From: Acetobacteraceae bacterium
GTDB taxonomy: Bacteria > Pseudomonadota > Alphaproteobacteria > Acetobacterales > Acetobacteraceae
Assembly (NCBI GenBank): GCA_030041375.1
Contig: JASHOA010000022.1
Span: 106,894 to 170,893 of the forward strand
Direction of reading: 5' to 3'
DNA: 64,000 bases
Below are positions 30,209 to 39,836 of this stretch, piece after piece (position 1 is the first letter of the stretch; each line of letters begins with the position of its first letter). A model generated the notes under the pieces. The model made no database searches, was not told the DNA's origin, and saw only the letters and a list, made by a program, of their open reading frames with translations. The translations under genes and the position numbers were made by a program.

Positions 30209-31576
30209 CTATCCCCGACCGCGCAACCACGGCAACGGGTTTATGACCTCCCGCCCGTGATGCAACTCAAGATAGAGGGTCGGGCGTGGCCCTGGCGAGC
30301 CCGGATCCCATTCCGCCATGACGCCCAGAGCCTGCCCCGCGGCGACCCCGGCGCCGGCGGCGACGAGCAGGGTCTGCATGCCGGCGAGGACGAAGCGATA
30401 GCCGCCACCGCAATCGAGGATCACCAGGCGACCATAGCTGCGGAAGGGGGCAGCGAATTCGACGCTGCCGGCGCAAGGTGCGAGCACGTGGGCGCCGGGG
30501 GCCGTCTGGTAGCGGATGCCGGTAGAGGGGCCCGCGGGAGTGGGCGCGCCGTAGCCGCTGACGAGCACGCCGGCGACCGGCGCGCCGGTGGCGTGGGGCG
30601 GCACGGGGGGCGTCTCGGGAAGAGGCGGAGGGGGTATTTCGGGGCGCGCGAGGGCGAGCTGCTCACGCTCGCGGGCCAAGGCGGCCTGCTGGGCAGCCTG
30701 GGCCGCGCGGGCGGCTTCCGCCTGGCGGGCAGCCTCCGCCTCGCGGGCGGCCTCGGCGATGGCGGCGATCGCACCTTCGAGGGTCTTTGCCTGCGCCGCG
30801 GCGGATACTGCGGCCGCTTCGGCGGCGGCCTGCTGGCCCATCGCGGCCTGTTCGACGGTGCGGGTGGCGGCGATCTCCTGGTCGAGTTGCGCCGCTTCTG
30901 CCGCCTGCTCGGCCTCGGCGGCCTTCAGCTTCGTCTTCGCCGCAGCGATCTTCGCGGCGAGTTCGTCGACACGATTCTCTTCCGCGCGCAGAGCTTTGGC
31001 CTCGCGCTCGAATCCGGCGGCGATCGCCTGCAAAACCAGCACTCCGCGCAGGGCATCTTCGGGCGGGGCCGGAACCGCCAGCAGCGTGGCAGCGGGATAC
31101 ATCGAAAGCTGCTCCAGCACGGGAAGCACTGGAGTGAATTCCCGTACCTTGCGCGCCAGCCGGGCGCGGGCCCGCGCGCGCTGACGGCCGAGCTGATCGA
31201 GCTTCAGGGCGACCTCCTCGGTTGCGCTTTCCGCCATCCGGAGGCGAAGGGTGATGGCAGCGCGAGCCTGGTCGAGTTTCGCGCGCTCCGCGGCTGCGGC
31301 GGAGGCGGCCTCGGCCGCGGCCTTTGCCGCGGCCATCGCCTGCTGCTGCGCTTGTTCGGCGCCTTGCAGGGCTTGGCGGGTGGCCTGCGCCGAGGCGGGC
31401 TCGGAGGCTGGCGCTGCGGGAAGCGGCGGCAGCGGCAACTCGGTGGGGGCGACGGGCGGCGGCCCGGGCAGGGCGGGTGCCGCAGCGGGCGGGCCTGGAA
31501 CGGTCGTCGGCCTGGGCGGAGCCGGCGGACCAGCGGCGGCGAGCAGGACAAGGCTAGCTGCGAGCAGGCTCCGCAT
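30209..31576 (-). CDS. M23 peptidase-domain murein hydrolase activator (EnvC-like)
   Basis: 455 aa. Signal peptide, long Ala/Gln/Glu coiled coil, and a C-terminal LytM-like domain (APCAGSVEFAAPFRSYGRLVILDCGGGYRFVLAG). Confidence 0.85.
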   Translation of the reverse strand: MRSLLAASLVLLAAAGPPAPPRPTTVPGPPAAAPALPGPPPVAPTELPLPPLPAAPASEPASAQATRQALQGAEQAQQQAMAAAKAAAEAASAAAAERAKLDQARAAITLRLRMAESATEEVALKLDQLGRQRARARARLARKVREFTPVLPVLEQLSMYPAATLLAVPAPPEDALRGVLVLQAIAAGFEREAKALRAEENRVDELAAKIAAAKTKLKAAEAEQAAEAAQLDQEIAATRTVEQAAMGQQAAAEAAAVSAAAQAKTLEGAIAAIAEAAREAEAARQAEAARAAQAAQQAALAREREQLALARPEIPPPPLPETPPVPPHATGAPVAGVLVSGYGAPTPAGPSTGIRYQTAPGAHVLAPCAGSVEFAAPFRSYGRLVILDCGGGYRFVLAGMQTLLVAAGAGVAAGQALGVMAEWDPGSPGPRPTLYLELHHGREVINPLPWLRGRG

Positions 31577-33116
31577 CGGCGATCAGAGAATGGCCGGTCA
31601 TTTCCCGCGGCTTGGAGAGGCCCAGCAGGGCGAGCAATGTCGGGGCGATGTCGGCGAGTCGCCCGGAAGAGAGGCTTCTCGTGCCAGCGCCGGCCAGCAG
31701 CACCGGCACCGGGTTGGTGGTGTGCGCGGTGTGCGGACCGCCGGTGAGCGGATCGCGCATTTGCTCGCAATTGCCGTGATCGGCGGTAACGAGAAGAGCG
31801 CCATGAGCTGCCTCAAGCGCGGCGGCGATGCGGCCGAGCTCCTGGTCCACCGCCTCGACCGCGCGGACCGCGGCGGCGAGGCTGCCGGTATGCCCGACCA
31901 TGTCGGGGTTGGCGAAATTGAGCACGATCAGGTCATAGCGTCCCGACTCGATAGCGGCCAACGCCTTCGCGGTGAGCTCGGGGGCGGACATCTCGGGCTT
32001 CTGATCGTAGGTCGCGACCTTGGGCGAGGGGACCAGAATGCGGTCCTCACCTGGAAAGGGCGCCTCGCGGCCGCCGTTCAGGAAGTACGTCACGTGGGCG
32101 TATTTCTCGGTTTCCGCCATGCGAAGCTGGGTCAGGCCGGCAACTGACACCACTTCGCCGAGAAGCTTGGCGAGCGGGACTGGCGGGAAAAGTACCGAGA
32201 GAAACGGGGCCAGGGCGGAGCCGTAGTCGGTCATGCCGGCGGCCGCGGCGAAGCGGGGGAGGCGCGGGCGGGCAAATCCGGAGAACGCCGGGTCGAGCAA
32301 GGCGGCGAGGAGTTGGCGCACACGGTCAGCGCGGAAGTTGAACGAGAGCAGGCCGTCGCCGTCGCGGATGCCGCCATAGGCGCCGATCACGGCCGGAGGG
32401 ACGAATTCATCGCCGGTGCCGGCCGCGTGAGCCGCCGCAACCACCGCCATCGCGTCCGGACAATGCGGTCCACGGGCCTCGGCGACGGCACGCCAGGCTT
32501 TCTCCACGCGCTCCCAACGCTGGTCGCGATCCATCGCAAAATACCGCCCGGAGATGCTGGCGATGGTGATGGATTCGGGCAAGGCGGCGAGGAAAGGCGG
32601 AAGGTCGGTTGCCGATGCCGAGGGTGCGGTGTCGCGTCCGTCGAGGAAGATGTGAAGCTGCGTCGGGATCCCCTCGGCAGAGAGCACCCGAGCGAGAGCG
32701 AGTGCGTGGTTCTGGTGCGAATGCACCCCGCCCGGCGAGACGAGACCCATCAGGTGGCAGGAACCGCCGCTTTCGCGGAGAGCGGCGAAGAGCGCCATCA
32801 GCGCCGGGGCACGGGAAAGGCTCCCATCGGCGATCGCCTGGTCGATCCGGGGCAGGTCCTGCATCACGACCCGGCCGGCACCGATGTTGAGGTGCCCGAC
32901 CTCGGAATTACCCATCTGGCCGTCGGGCAGGCCGACGTCGCGGCCGGAGGTGCGAAGGAAAGCGTGCGGGGCGGATGCCCAGAGGCGGGCGAAGGTGGGA
33001 GTGCGGGCCTGACGGATGGCGTTGTCGGAGGCCTCCTCGCGCCAGCCCCAGCCGTCGAGAATGACCAGCATCACCGGGCGTGGGCGCCGGGGGCCGCTCT
33101 CCGGAGGCAGGGTCAT
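31554..33116 (-). CDS. gpmI: 2,3-bisphosphoglycerate-independent phosphoglycerate mutase
   Basis: 520 aa. VMLVILDGWG..MGNSEVGHLNIGAGR..ADHGN motifs. Confidence 0.95.
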   Translation of the reverse strand: MTLPPESGPRRPRPVMLVILDGWGWREEASDNAIRQARTPTFARLWASAPHAFLRTSGRDVGLPDGQMGNSEVGHLNIGAGRVVMQDLPRIDQAIADGSLSRAPALMALFAALRESGGSCHLMGLVSPGGVHSHQNHALALARVLSAEGIPTQLHIFLDGRDTAPSASATDLPPFLAALPESITIASISGRYFAMDRDQRWERVEKAWRAVAEARGPHCPDAMAVVAAAHAAGTGDEFVPPAVIGAYGGIRDGDGLLSFNFRADRVRQLLAALLDPAFSGFARPRLPRFAAAAGMTDYGSALAPFLSVLFPPVPLAKLLGEVVSVAGLTQLRMAETEKYAHVTYFLNGGREAPFPGEDRILVPSPKVATYDQKPEMSAPELTAKALAAIESGRYDLIVLNFANPDMVGHTGSLAAAVRAVEAVDQELGRIAAALEAAHGALLVTADHGNCEQMRDPLTGGPHTAHTTNPVPVLLAGAGTRSLSSGRLADIAPTLLALLGLSKPREMTGHSLIADAEPARS

Positions 33117-33125
33117 CCGGCCCGA

Positions 33126-33629
33126 TTATTCCTTCGGCGAGCCGCGCTGGCGGAAGGCATCGAGGCTGACGACCTGCGGTGGCTCTTGAGGCAGGGTCTC
33201 GGTATCAGCGGATTTTTCCGGGGCGGGCTCGTCTTTCGCCGCATCGGAAGGCGGGGCGAAGCGCAGGCCGAAGCGGACTTCTGGATCAGCGAAGGCGGTG
33301 AGCGCCGCGAACGGCACGACCAGGGTGGCCGGCACACCGCCGAAGGAAAGGCCGACGCGGAACCGTTGCGCGGCACGATCGACAGCCAGATCCCAGAACT
33401 GGTGTTGCAGCACGATCGTCATTTCGTCGGGGAAGCGGCTCTTGAGGCGGGCCGGGATCTCGACACCGGGGTGGCCGGTGAGGAAGGTCAGGTAGAAATG
33501 ATGGCCGCCGGGCAGGCCGTGACGGGCCACGTGATCCAACGCCTCCTCGACGACGTGGCGGAGCGCCTCGGTCGCCCAGGTATCGTAAGGCAGGAGGCTT
33601 TGTTTCGCCGGTTCCTCGTGCTCGGCCAT
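33126..33629 (-). CDS. sspB: Alpha-proteobacterial ClpXP adaptor SspB (stringent starvation protein B family)
   Basis: About 167 aa from ATG 33629. HHFYLTFLTGHPGVEIPARLKSRFPDEMTIVLQHQFWDL closely resembles Caulobacter SspB-alpha (HHLYITF..YPDEMTIVLQHQYWDL). Acidic or disordered tail. Confidence 0.85.
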   Translation of the reverse strand: MAEHEEPAKQSLLPYDTWATEALRHVVEEALDHVARHGLPGGHHFYLTFLTGHPGVEIPARLKSRFPDEMTIVLQHQFWDLAVDRAAQRFRVGLSFGGVPATLVVPFAALTAFADPEVRFGLRFAPPSDAAKDEPAPEKSADTETLPQEPPQVVSLDAFRQRGSPKE

Positions 33630-33711
33630 GACCTTCGTTCCGCGATTGGCCTCGCTCAATAACGCGGCGGGGTAAGGGGCGAAAAGGGCAGAAAGGAGAC
33701 TTTGCGGAAGT

Positions 33712-34010
33712 GGGGGGCTTCTGTTGCCCGGTGCCCCCCGAACCGCGCTTATTGCTTACGCAGCAACAGCGAGCGCCACGTTGTCGTTGGCACTTATGGA
33801 TCGGCCCGATAACGGCGGAACCATGCCGGGCGAAAGATGGGTCTTTACCACGCGTGTCGAGCCTGTTTCGCCCCCGTTCGGGCGGCCTTGCCGGCCGGAG
33901 GACCGGGAGGGCCGAAACTGGTGGAGGCGCCGGGCACTGCCCCCGGGTCCACAACGCTTATTCCACGCACCGTTTATCGCCATAGCCGGCAAGCCGGCAC
34001 CCGCAATATA
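33712..34010 (-). ncRNA. ssrA: Two-piece (circularly permuted) tmRNA gene; ends approximate
   Basis: Minus strand. The acceptor piece ends ...GGCGCCUCCACCA at 33919. A 43-nt spacer follows. The coding piece starts GGGGGCGAAACAGGCUCGAC at 33875; GGGGGCG pairs with CGCCUCC including a G3:U pair. Tag ORF GCC AAC GAC AAC GUG GCG CUC GCU GUU GCU GCG UAA = ANDNVALAVAA* at 33791-33756. A GC hairpin GGGGGGC..GCCCCCC lies downstream. Confidence 0.85.
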
Positions 34011-34035
34011 GGATGTCGGAGCCGATTCTGAAAGG

Positions 34036-34974
34036 ATGATCATGTCCCTGACATCGGAGCAGCCTGCGGGAATAGAGACCGAACGGCGGCCTGCGAGCGA
34101 GACGCGGCGGGTGACGGTTGCGACACTGGAAGCGATGCTCGATCACCCGTTGCCGGTGCTCGATCACGGTTTCGTCAGGGTGGCCGACTACATGGGCGAC
34201 GATTCCGCGATCGTCGAGGCGGCGCGGGTTTCCTACGGTCGCGGCACGCGGCGGCGCAGCGAGGACGCCGGCCTGATTCGCTACCTGATGCGGCACCGGC
34301 ACACCACGCCGTTCGAGATGTGCGTGATCAAGTTTCATGTGAAGCTGCCGATTTTTGTCGCCCGGCAGTGGATCCGGCACCGCATGGCGAGCGTGAACGA
34401 GTACTCGGCGCGCTATTCGATTCTCGACCGCGAGTTCTACCTGCCCTCGCCCGAGCACCTCGCCGCCCAGTCGGCGACCAACCGGCAAGGCCGAGCGCAG
34501 ACCCTCGGCGAAGCGGAGGCCGCGTTCGTGCTGGCGACGCTGCGCGCCGACGCCGAGCGGAACCATGCCCATTATCTGGAAATGCTGAACGACCCTGGCG
34601 AGGCAGGGGCGCAGGATGCAACGCGACTCGGGCTGGCGCGCGAACTGGCGCGCATGAATCTCACGCTCAACACCTATACGCAGTGGTACTGGAAAGCCGA
34701 TCTCCACAACCTTTTTCATTTCCTCGAGCTTCGCTGGGATGCCCAAGCGCAGTACGAGATCCGTGCCTATGCCGAGCGGATGCTGGAAATCGTCGCCGCC
34801 TGGGTGCCGGTCGCGCATCAGGCATTTCTCGATTACCGGCTCAATGCCGCCGTCTTCTCCGCGCCGATGCTGGCCATGCTGCGCCGCATGCTGGCCGGGG
34901 AAAGCGTGAGCCAGGCGGATAGCGGGCTTTCGAAGCGCGAGTTCGCCGAGCTAATGGCGGTGCTGGGGCAATGA
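34036..34974 (+). CDS. thyX: FAD-dependent thymidylate synthase
   Basis: 312 aa. ThyX motif [15 protein letters not shown], plus RHRHTTPFE. Alternative ATG at 34042. Confidence 0.92.
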   Translation: MIMSLTSEQPAGIETERRPASETRRVTVATLEAMLDHPLPVLDHGFVRVADYMGDDSAIVEAARVSYGRGTRRRSEDAGLIRYLMRHRHTTPFEMCVIKFHVKLPIFVARQWIRHRMASVNEYSARYSILDREFYLPSPEHLAAQSATNRQGRAQTLGEAEAAFVLATLRADAERNHAHYLEMLNDPGEAGAQDATRLGLARELARMNLTLNTYTQWYWKADLHNLFHFLELRWDAQAQYEIRAYAERMLEIVAAWVPVAHQAFLDYRLNAAVFSAPMLAMLRRMLAGESVSQADSGLSKREFAELMAVLGQ

Positions 34975-34996
34975 GCCTGTCGGCTCGGCCACACCC

Positions 34997-35887
34997 ATGA
35001 TCGTCGTCTTCGGATCCATCAATCTCGACCTCATCTTTCCGCTCCCGATGCTGCCCGGGCCAGGGCAGACCATGCTCGGCCCGGAGCTTCGCACCGAGCC
35101 GGGCGGCAAAGGAGCGAACCAAGCGGTGGCCGCGGCACTGGACGGCGCACAGGTTGCCATGGCGGGCGCGGTCGGGGACGATCCGTTCGCGGCAGCCGCA
35201 CTGAAAGGGCTGCGGTCCACCGGTGTTGACCTCACGCGCGTGACGAGCGTCGCTGTGGCGACCGGCGTAGCGGCCATTGCGGTCGATCCGGAGGGACGGA
35301 ACCAGATTCTGGTTGCGGCCGGTGCCAACCGGCTTGCGAGGGCGGCAATGGTCGAGGACGCCGCACTGGGACCGGCGACGACGCTGTTGTTGCAGATGGA
35401 GTGCGATCCGGGGGAAACGGCGGCATTGGCGCGGCGCGCGCGGGCGCGTGGCGCGCGGATCATCCTCAATCTCGCGCCACCGGGGCCGTTCCCGGAGGAT
35501 GTGCTTGCCGCGCTCGATTACCTGGTGGTCAATGAAGACGAGGCGGGGTGGCTTGCGGCGCGTATCGGTGCGGCGGAAGATGCTGCATCGCTTGCGGCAA
35601 AACTCGGCACTGGCGTGGTGCGCACGCTCGGAGCGGGAGGGGCCGAGGCTGCGCGCGGCGGCGCGCAGGTGCGATTCCCCGCGCAGCCGGTCACGGTGGT
35701 CGATACGACCGCGGCGGGGGACTGCCTTGCCGGAATTTTTGCAGCCGCGCTCGATCGCGGCGCACTGCCCGGTGATGCGCTGCGCAGAGCCGTGGTTGCC
35801 GCAGGCCTGTGCTGCACACGGGCCGGCAGCCAGGGCAGCATACCGAAGGCCGCAGAGACCGACGCAGCGCTGCGTCCGTTTGCATAG
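34997..35887 (+). CDS. rbsK: Ribokinase / PfkB-family sugar kinase
   Basis: 296 aa. GGKGANQAVAAA and VVDTTAAGDCLAG signature motifs. Confidence 0.8.
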   Translation: MIVVFGSINLDLIFPLPMLPGPGQTMLGPELRTEPGGKGANQAVAAALDGAQVAMAGAVGDDPFAAAALKGLRSTGVDLTRVTSVAVATGVAAIAVDPEGRNQILVAAGANRLARAAMVEDAALGPATTLLLQMECDPGETAALARRARARGARIILNLAPPGPFPEDVLAALDYLVVNEDEAGWLAARIGAAEDAASLAAKLGTGVVRTLGAGGAEAARGGAQVRFPAQPVTVVDTTAAGDCLAGIFAAALDRGALPGDALRRAVVAAGLCCTRAGSQGSIPKAAETDAALRPFA

Positions 35888-35937
35888 GAAAGGTTGCCGC
35901 TCTATCAACCGAACGGAGCGGACAGGGAGAGAATACC

Positions 35938-36324
35938 GTGGCCAACTTCCAGTGCGATCATTTCCATCTGCGCAGTCTCGATCCGGACAAGTCGGCGCGC
36001 TTCTATGAGGACATGTTCGGAGCGAAGCGGCTCGGCACGGAAGACAATGCGGGCAAGCTGCGCGTGGCGATCGAACTCGGCGGTGTGCGGCTCTTCATCG
36101 AGGAGGTTCCGCCTGGCACGCATGCCGCACCCGAGCCGCCCTATCTCGGGCTCGAGCATATCGGGCTTCTCGTTTCCGGGATCGATGCCCTCGTTGCCGA
36201 GCTGAAGCGGAAGGGCGCGGAATTCGTGGTCGAGCCGCGCTCGCCGCGGCCGGGCACGCGGATCGCCTTCATCCGCGGACCGGAGAATGTGCGGATCGAG
36301 CTGGTGGACCGCAGCGCGGCCTGA
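35938..36324 (+). CDS. VOC (glyoxalase/bleomycin-resistance/dioxygenase) family protein
   Basis: 128 aa from GTG 35938, with GGGAGAG upstream. HFHLRS..FYEDMFG and LEHIGLLV..ELKRKG pattern of paired beta-alpha-beta-beta-beta modules. Confidence 0.7.
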   Translation: MANFQCDHFHLRSLDPDKSARFYEDMFGAKRLGTEDNAGKLRVAIELGGVRLFIEEVPPGTHAAPEPPYLGLEHIGLLVSGIDALVAELKRKGAEFVVEPRSPRPGTRIAFIRGPENVRIELVDRSAA

Positions 36325-36372
36325 AGCGCGACGGAAAGAACTCACAAACGGATTCGTGCCGGGAGAAATGCC

Positions 36373-36876
36373 ATGAATGCGGATGCCAGGAAGAGCGTGC
36401 TCAGGATGATCCCGTACGGGATCTACGTGTTGACGGCGCTGGACGGGAAGGGCGGCGTGGCGGCGGCAACGGTCAACTGGGTGACGCAGACCGCATTCGC
36501 TCCGCCGCTGATCGTGATCGGCGTGAAGACCGATTCGGGAGCCTATGCGCTGGTCAAGAGCGTCGGCAAGTTTGCACTCAATATGCTGGGCAAGAGTGGC
36601 AAGGGGCTTGCCTTCACCTTCTTCAAACCGGCGGCGCTGGCCGGGCAGCAGATCTCCGGGCAGGCGTTCCTCGTCGGAAACAACGGCGCACCGATCCTGG
36701 AGGCGGCGATCGGCGCCGTGGAATGCACGGTCAAGACCATTGTCGAGCAGGGCGACCACCATATCGTGGTCGCCGAAGTGACGGAGGCACACCTGCCGGC
36801 GCCGATCGCAGGGCGGCCGGATGCGGCGATCCTGGAAATGAAGGACCTTGGCGAGAACGTATTCTACGGCGGTTGA
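36373..36876 (+). CDS. Flavin reductase-like (FMN-binding split barrel) protein
   Basis: 167 aa. PYGIYVLTA..GVAAATVNWVTQTAFAPPLIVIGV..GDHHIVVAEV are typical. Confidence 0.8.
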   Translation: MNADARKSVLRMIPYGIYVLTALDGKGGVAAATVNWVTQTAFAPPLIVIGVKTDSGAYALVKSVGKFALNMLGKSGKGLAFTFFKPAALAGQQISGQAFLVGNNGAPILEAAIGAVECTVKTIVEQGDHHIVVAEVTEAHLPAPIAGRPDAAILEMKDLGENVFYGG

Positions 36877-37160
36877 GTGCCGGGGAAGAGCACGAGGCGG
36901 CCGCGTGCTGAGCGCCTGCGGATGGCCGCCGCCGCCTGATATTGTGGAGAAAAGAAAAACTCCCGCGCCCGCTCGGGACTATCGAATTCGAGCAGCACGG
37001 TGCGACGCGGAACATACTCCCCCTCGAGGGGCTGGACATCGCCGCCACGCACGAGGTAGCGCCCGCCGAAGGCAGCAATCGCGACAGCCGCGAGGGGCAT
37101 GTACTGCTGGTAGGTTTCCGGATCGGTGATCTCGATCTCGGCCAGGATATAGCCCTTCAT
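36864..37160 (-). CDS. DUF1330 domain protein
   Basis: 98 aa. [50 protein letters not shown] is the canonical DUF1330 pattern. Confidence 0.8.
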   Translation of the reverse strand: MKGYILAEIEITDPETYQQYMPLAAVAIAAFGGRYLVRGGDVQPLEGEYVPRRTVLLEFDSPERAREFFFSPQYQAAAAIRRRSARGRLVLFPGTQPP

Positions 37161-38746
37161 CTGTCATCCTCGAGGATCATCGCCGTGCCCTTTTCGGCGA
37201 TCATGATGGTGGGCGCATTCGTGTTGCCGGTGGTGATGGAGGGCATGACCGAGGCGTCGATCACACGGAGTCCCGCGATTCCGTGCACGCGAAGCCGGGA
37301 ATCGACCACTGCCTGAGGGTCTTCGCCCATCCGGCAGGTGCCGACGGGATGATACAAAGTCGTGCCGAAGGTGCGTGCGTGCTGCGCGAGATCTTCATCA
37401 GAAGTCGCGGCGGGGCCGGGCTCTTTCTCACCCGCGCTGTAACGGGCGATGGCAGGCTCCGCCAGAATGTGGCGCGTGATGTGGAGCCCGGTGAGCAGAA
37501 CACGGAGATCGTTCGGGGCGGAAAGATAGTTCGGCGTGATGACAGGTGCAGCGAACGGATCCGGTGAGGCGGCCATGATGGTGCCGCGGCTTTCGGGGCG
37601 GACCGGGCAGACCGCAACCGAGAGACCGGGCTTGCGCTCGAGTGCACCGAAGCGTTGCGGATCGTGGCTTGCCGGCGTGAAGGAAAGCTGGAGGTCGGGG
37701 CTCGCGAGCCCCTCGCGCGAGCGGCAGAAGACCTGCGCGGTGGTGACACCGAAAGTGAGCGCACCGCGGCCGGTGAGCGCGAATCGGGCGGCCTCGCGGG
37801 CGAGGCGGAAGCCATGTGCGAGCTGGTTGACCGAGATGGTATCCTTCACCCGATGCGCGATGCGGGCAACGTAATGATCGGCGAGGTTGCGCCCGACGCC
37901 GGCGAGCGCGCCAACGACGGGAACGCCGATGGCGGTGAGGTGCTCGGCGGGGCCGATGCCGGAAATCTGCAGAAGGTGCGGCGAATTCACGGTGCCGCCG
38001 CAGAGAATGACGGAACGGGCGGCGAGGGCCTCGCGATTTTCTCCGCGGTGGCGGAAGGCCACAGCGGTGCAGCGCGTGCCCTCGAAGAGAAGGCGGGTCG
38101 CGAGGGCGCCGGTCTCGATGCGAAGGTTGGGCCGATTTCTGGCCGGGGCAAGAAAACTTTGTGCCGTCGAGGCGCGGAATCGGCCGCGGCGGGTCATCTG
38201 CGAGTAGCCGACTCCGTCCTGGGTGCGGCCGTTCAGGTCGTTGTTGAAGGGATAGCCGGCCGCCTTCGCCGCCTCGACGAAATGATGGGTGAGAGGGAGA
38301 ATGGTGCGGTAATCCTCAACCCGGAGCGGCCCGCCCTGGCCGCGGATCGCGGGCTCACCCGGCGCGTAGTCCTCGGATTTCATGAAGTAGGGAAGAACGT
38401 CAGCGAAGCTCCAGCCGCGACAACCCATCTGCGCCCAGCCGTCATAATCGAGCGGATTGCCGCGCACATAGAGCATGCCGTTGATGCTGCTCGACCCGCC
38501 GAGCACCTTGCCGCGCGGCCAGTGGATGCGCCTTCCCGCGGTGCCGGGGCCGGGTTCGGAGGAGAAGTTCCAGTTCAGCACCGGATGATGCATGAGCTTG
38601 AGCGTGCCGGCCGGAATATGGATGAAGGGATGGCGGTCGGGTGGACCGGCTTCGAGCAGGAGAACCCGGGCGCCGCTTTCGCTCAACCGGGCAGCGACTA
38701 CGGAACCTGCGGATCCGGCGCCGACGATCACGTAATCCGCATCCAT
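37157..38746 (-). CDS. GMC-family FAD oxidoreductase (choline dehydrogenase-like)
   Basis: 529 aa from ATG 38746 (alternative at 38764). [44 protein letters not shown], and a C-terminal [15 protein letters not shown] block. Its stop overlaps the DUF1330 start. Confidence 0.9.
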   Translation of the reverse strand: MDADYVIVGAGSAGSVVAARLSESGARVLLLEAGPPDRHPFIHIPAGTLKLMHHPVLNWNFSSEPGPGTAGRRIHWPRGKVLGGSSSINGMLYVRGNPLDYDGWAQMGCRGWSFADVLPYFMKSEDYAPGEPAIRGQGGPLRVEDYRTILPLTHHFVEAAKAAGYPFNNDLNGRTQDGVGYSQMTRRGRFRASTAQSFLAPARNRPNLRIETGALATRLLFEGTRCTAVAFRHRGENREALAARSVILCGGTVNSPHLLQISGIGPAEHLTAIGVPVVGALAGVGRNLADHYVARIAHRVKDTISVNQLAHGFRLAREAARFALTGRGALTFGVTTAQVFCRSREGLASPDLQLSFTPASHDPQRFGALERKPGLSVAVCPVRPESRGTIMAASPDPFAAPVITPNYLSAPNDLRVLLTGLHITRHILAEPAIARYSAGEKEPGPAATSDEDLAQHARTFGTTLYHPVGTCRMGEDPQAVVDSRLRVHGIAGLRVIDASVMPSITTGNTNAPTIMIAEKGTAMILEDDR

Positions 38747-38773
38747 TGGCCTGCCCTTCTGCATCTTGTTCCG

Positions 38774-38820
38774 GCCCGCGACTCGCGCCCTCCGACGTTC
38801 CGCCTCGAGCGAATGCGGGC
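38774..38820 (-). repeat. REP-like palindromic element (family R2), copy Y
   Basis: The minus strand reads GCCCGCATTCGCTCGAGGCGGAACGTCGGAGGGCGCGAGTCGCGGGC. It lies in the divergent spacer between the GMC and usp genes. Confidence 0.8.
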
Positions 38821-38897
38821 TAAAATGCCGACCTCTGCGCCGCTGATAAATTCCTGACCGCAGGGACGCAACGACACAATGAGGGAGAGACGGAAAG

Positions 38898-39830
38898 ATG
38901 CGGCCGAAGGACATTCTTGTTGTGCTGGACGACAGCCGACAAAGCACGATCGTGCTGCGGGTTGCCGTAGAACTGGCGCGCCGGTTCGGAGCGCGTCTCG
39001 AGGGCATCTGTCCGCTTGGCCTGCTGGCGGCGGCCGCGTACCCAGGCGCCGGCGGCGAGGAACCAATCCTGGTGGGTGGCGTTGGAACGGGTGCTGGCAT
39101 CCTCGCGCCATTGGAACCGGCGCCCGAGCTGGCCGTGCCGGCTCCGGACAGTCCCCCGGAACGGGCGGAACGGATCGGTGTTGCGTTGCGCGAGGAGCTT
39201 CGGCGTTGCGGGCTCGACGGGAATTTCGTGACCAGCGTCGGGCGGCCCGGAGGAGCCGTCGCGGCGCGGGGCCGAAAGGCGGATATCGTTGTTCTCGGGC
39301 AGCCGGAGCCCGGGCAGACCGCACCGTCGGCGCATCGGCACACGGTGGAGGATGTGCTGATGACGTCCGGCCGCCCGGTGCTGATGATCCCGTTCGCCGG
39401 AGAATTCAAAAGCATGGGCAGCAACGTGCTGATCGGATGGAGCGAAACGCCGGAGGCGGCACGGGCCGTGCATGATGCGATGGCTCTCGCCGATGCGGCG
39501 GCCAGGTTCACCGTGCTCACGGTTCGCTACGGACCGGCACCGGACGACCGGATCGAGCTGCCGGGGGCGGAGGCGGCCCGGCACATCGCGCGGCATGGAT
39601 TCGAAGCGAAGGCGGCCGAGACGGTGGCGGCGGCGAACCTGCCGGCTTCGTTCATCGTGCGGCCGTCATTGACGGAGGCTGATGCGCTGTTGAATTACGC
39701 GGCCGATATCAGTGCGGATCTGCTGGCTGTCGGCTGCTACGGACATTCGCGCACGCGCGAGATGGTGCTGGGCGGCGTGACGCGCGACCTTCTCGGGCAC
39801 ATGACGCTGCCGGTCCTGATGTCGCACTGA
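38898..39830 (+). CDS. Tandem-domain universal stress protein (UspA family)
   Basis: 310 aa, with two Usp domains. The second ends in ADLLAVGCYGHSRTREMVLGGVTRDLLGHMTLPVLMSH. Confidence 0.85.
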   Translation: MRPKDILVVLDDSRQSTIVLRVAVELARRFGARLEGICPLGLLAAAAYPGAGGEEPILVGGVGTGAGILAPLEPAPELAVPAPDSPPERAERIGVALREELRRCGLDGNFVTSVGRPGGAVAARGRKADIVVLGQPEPGQTAPSAHRHTVEDVLMTSGRPVLMIPFAGEFKSMGSNVLIGWSETPEAARAVHDAMALADAAARFTVLTVRYGPAPDDRIELPGAEAARHIARHGFEAKAAETVAAANLPASFIVRPSLTEADALLNYAADISADLLAVGCYGHSRTREMVLGGVTRDLLGHMTLPVLMSH

Positions 39831-39836
39831 AGGGGT

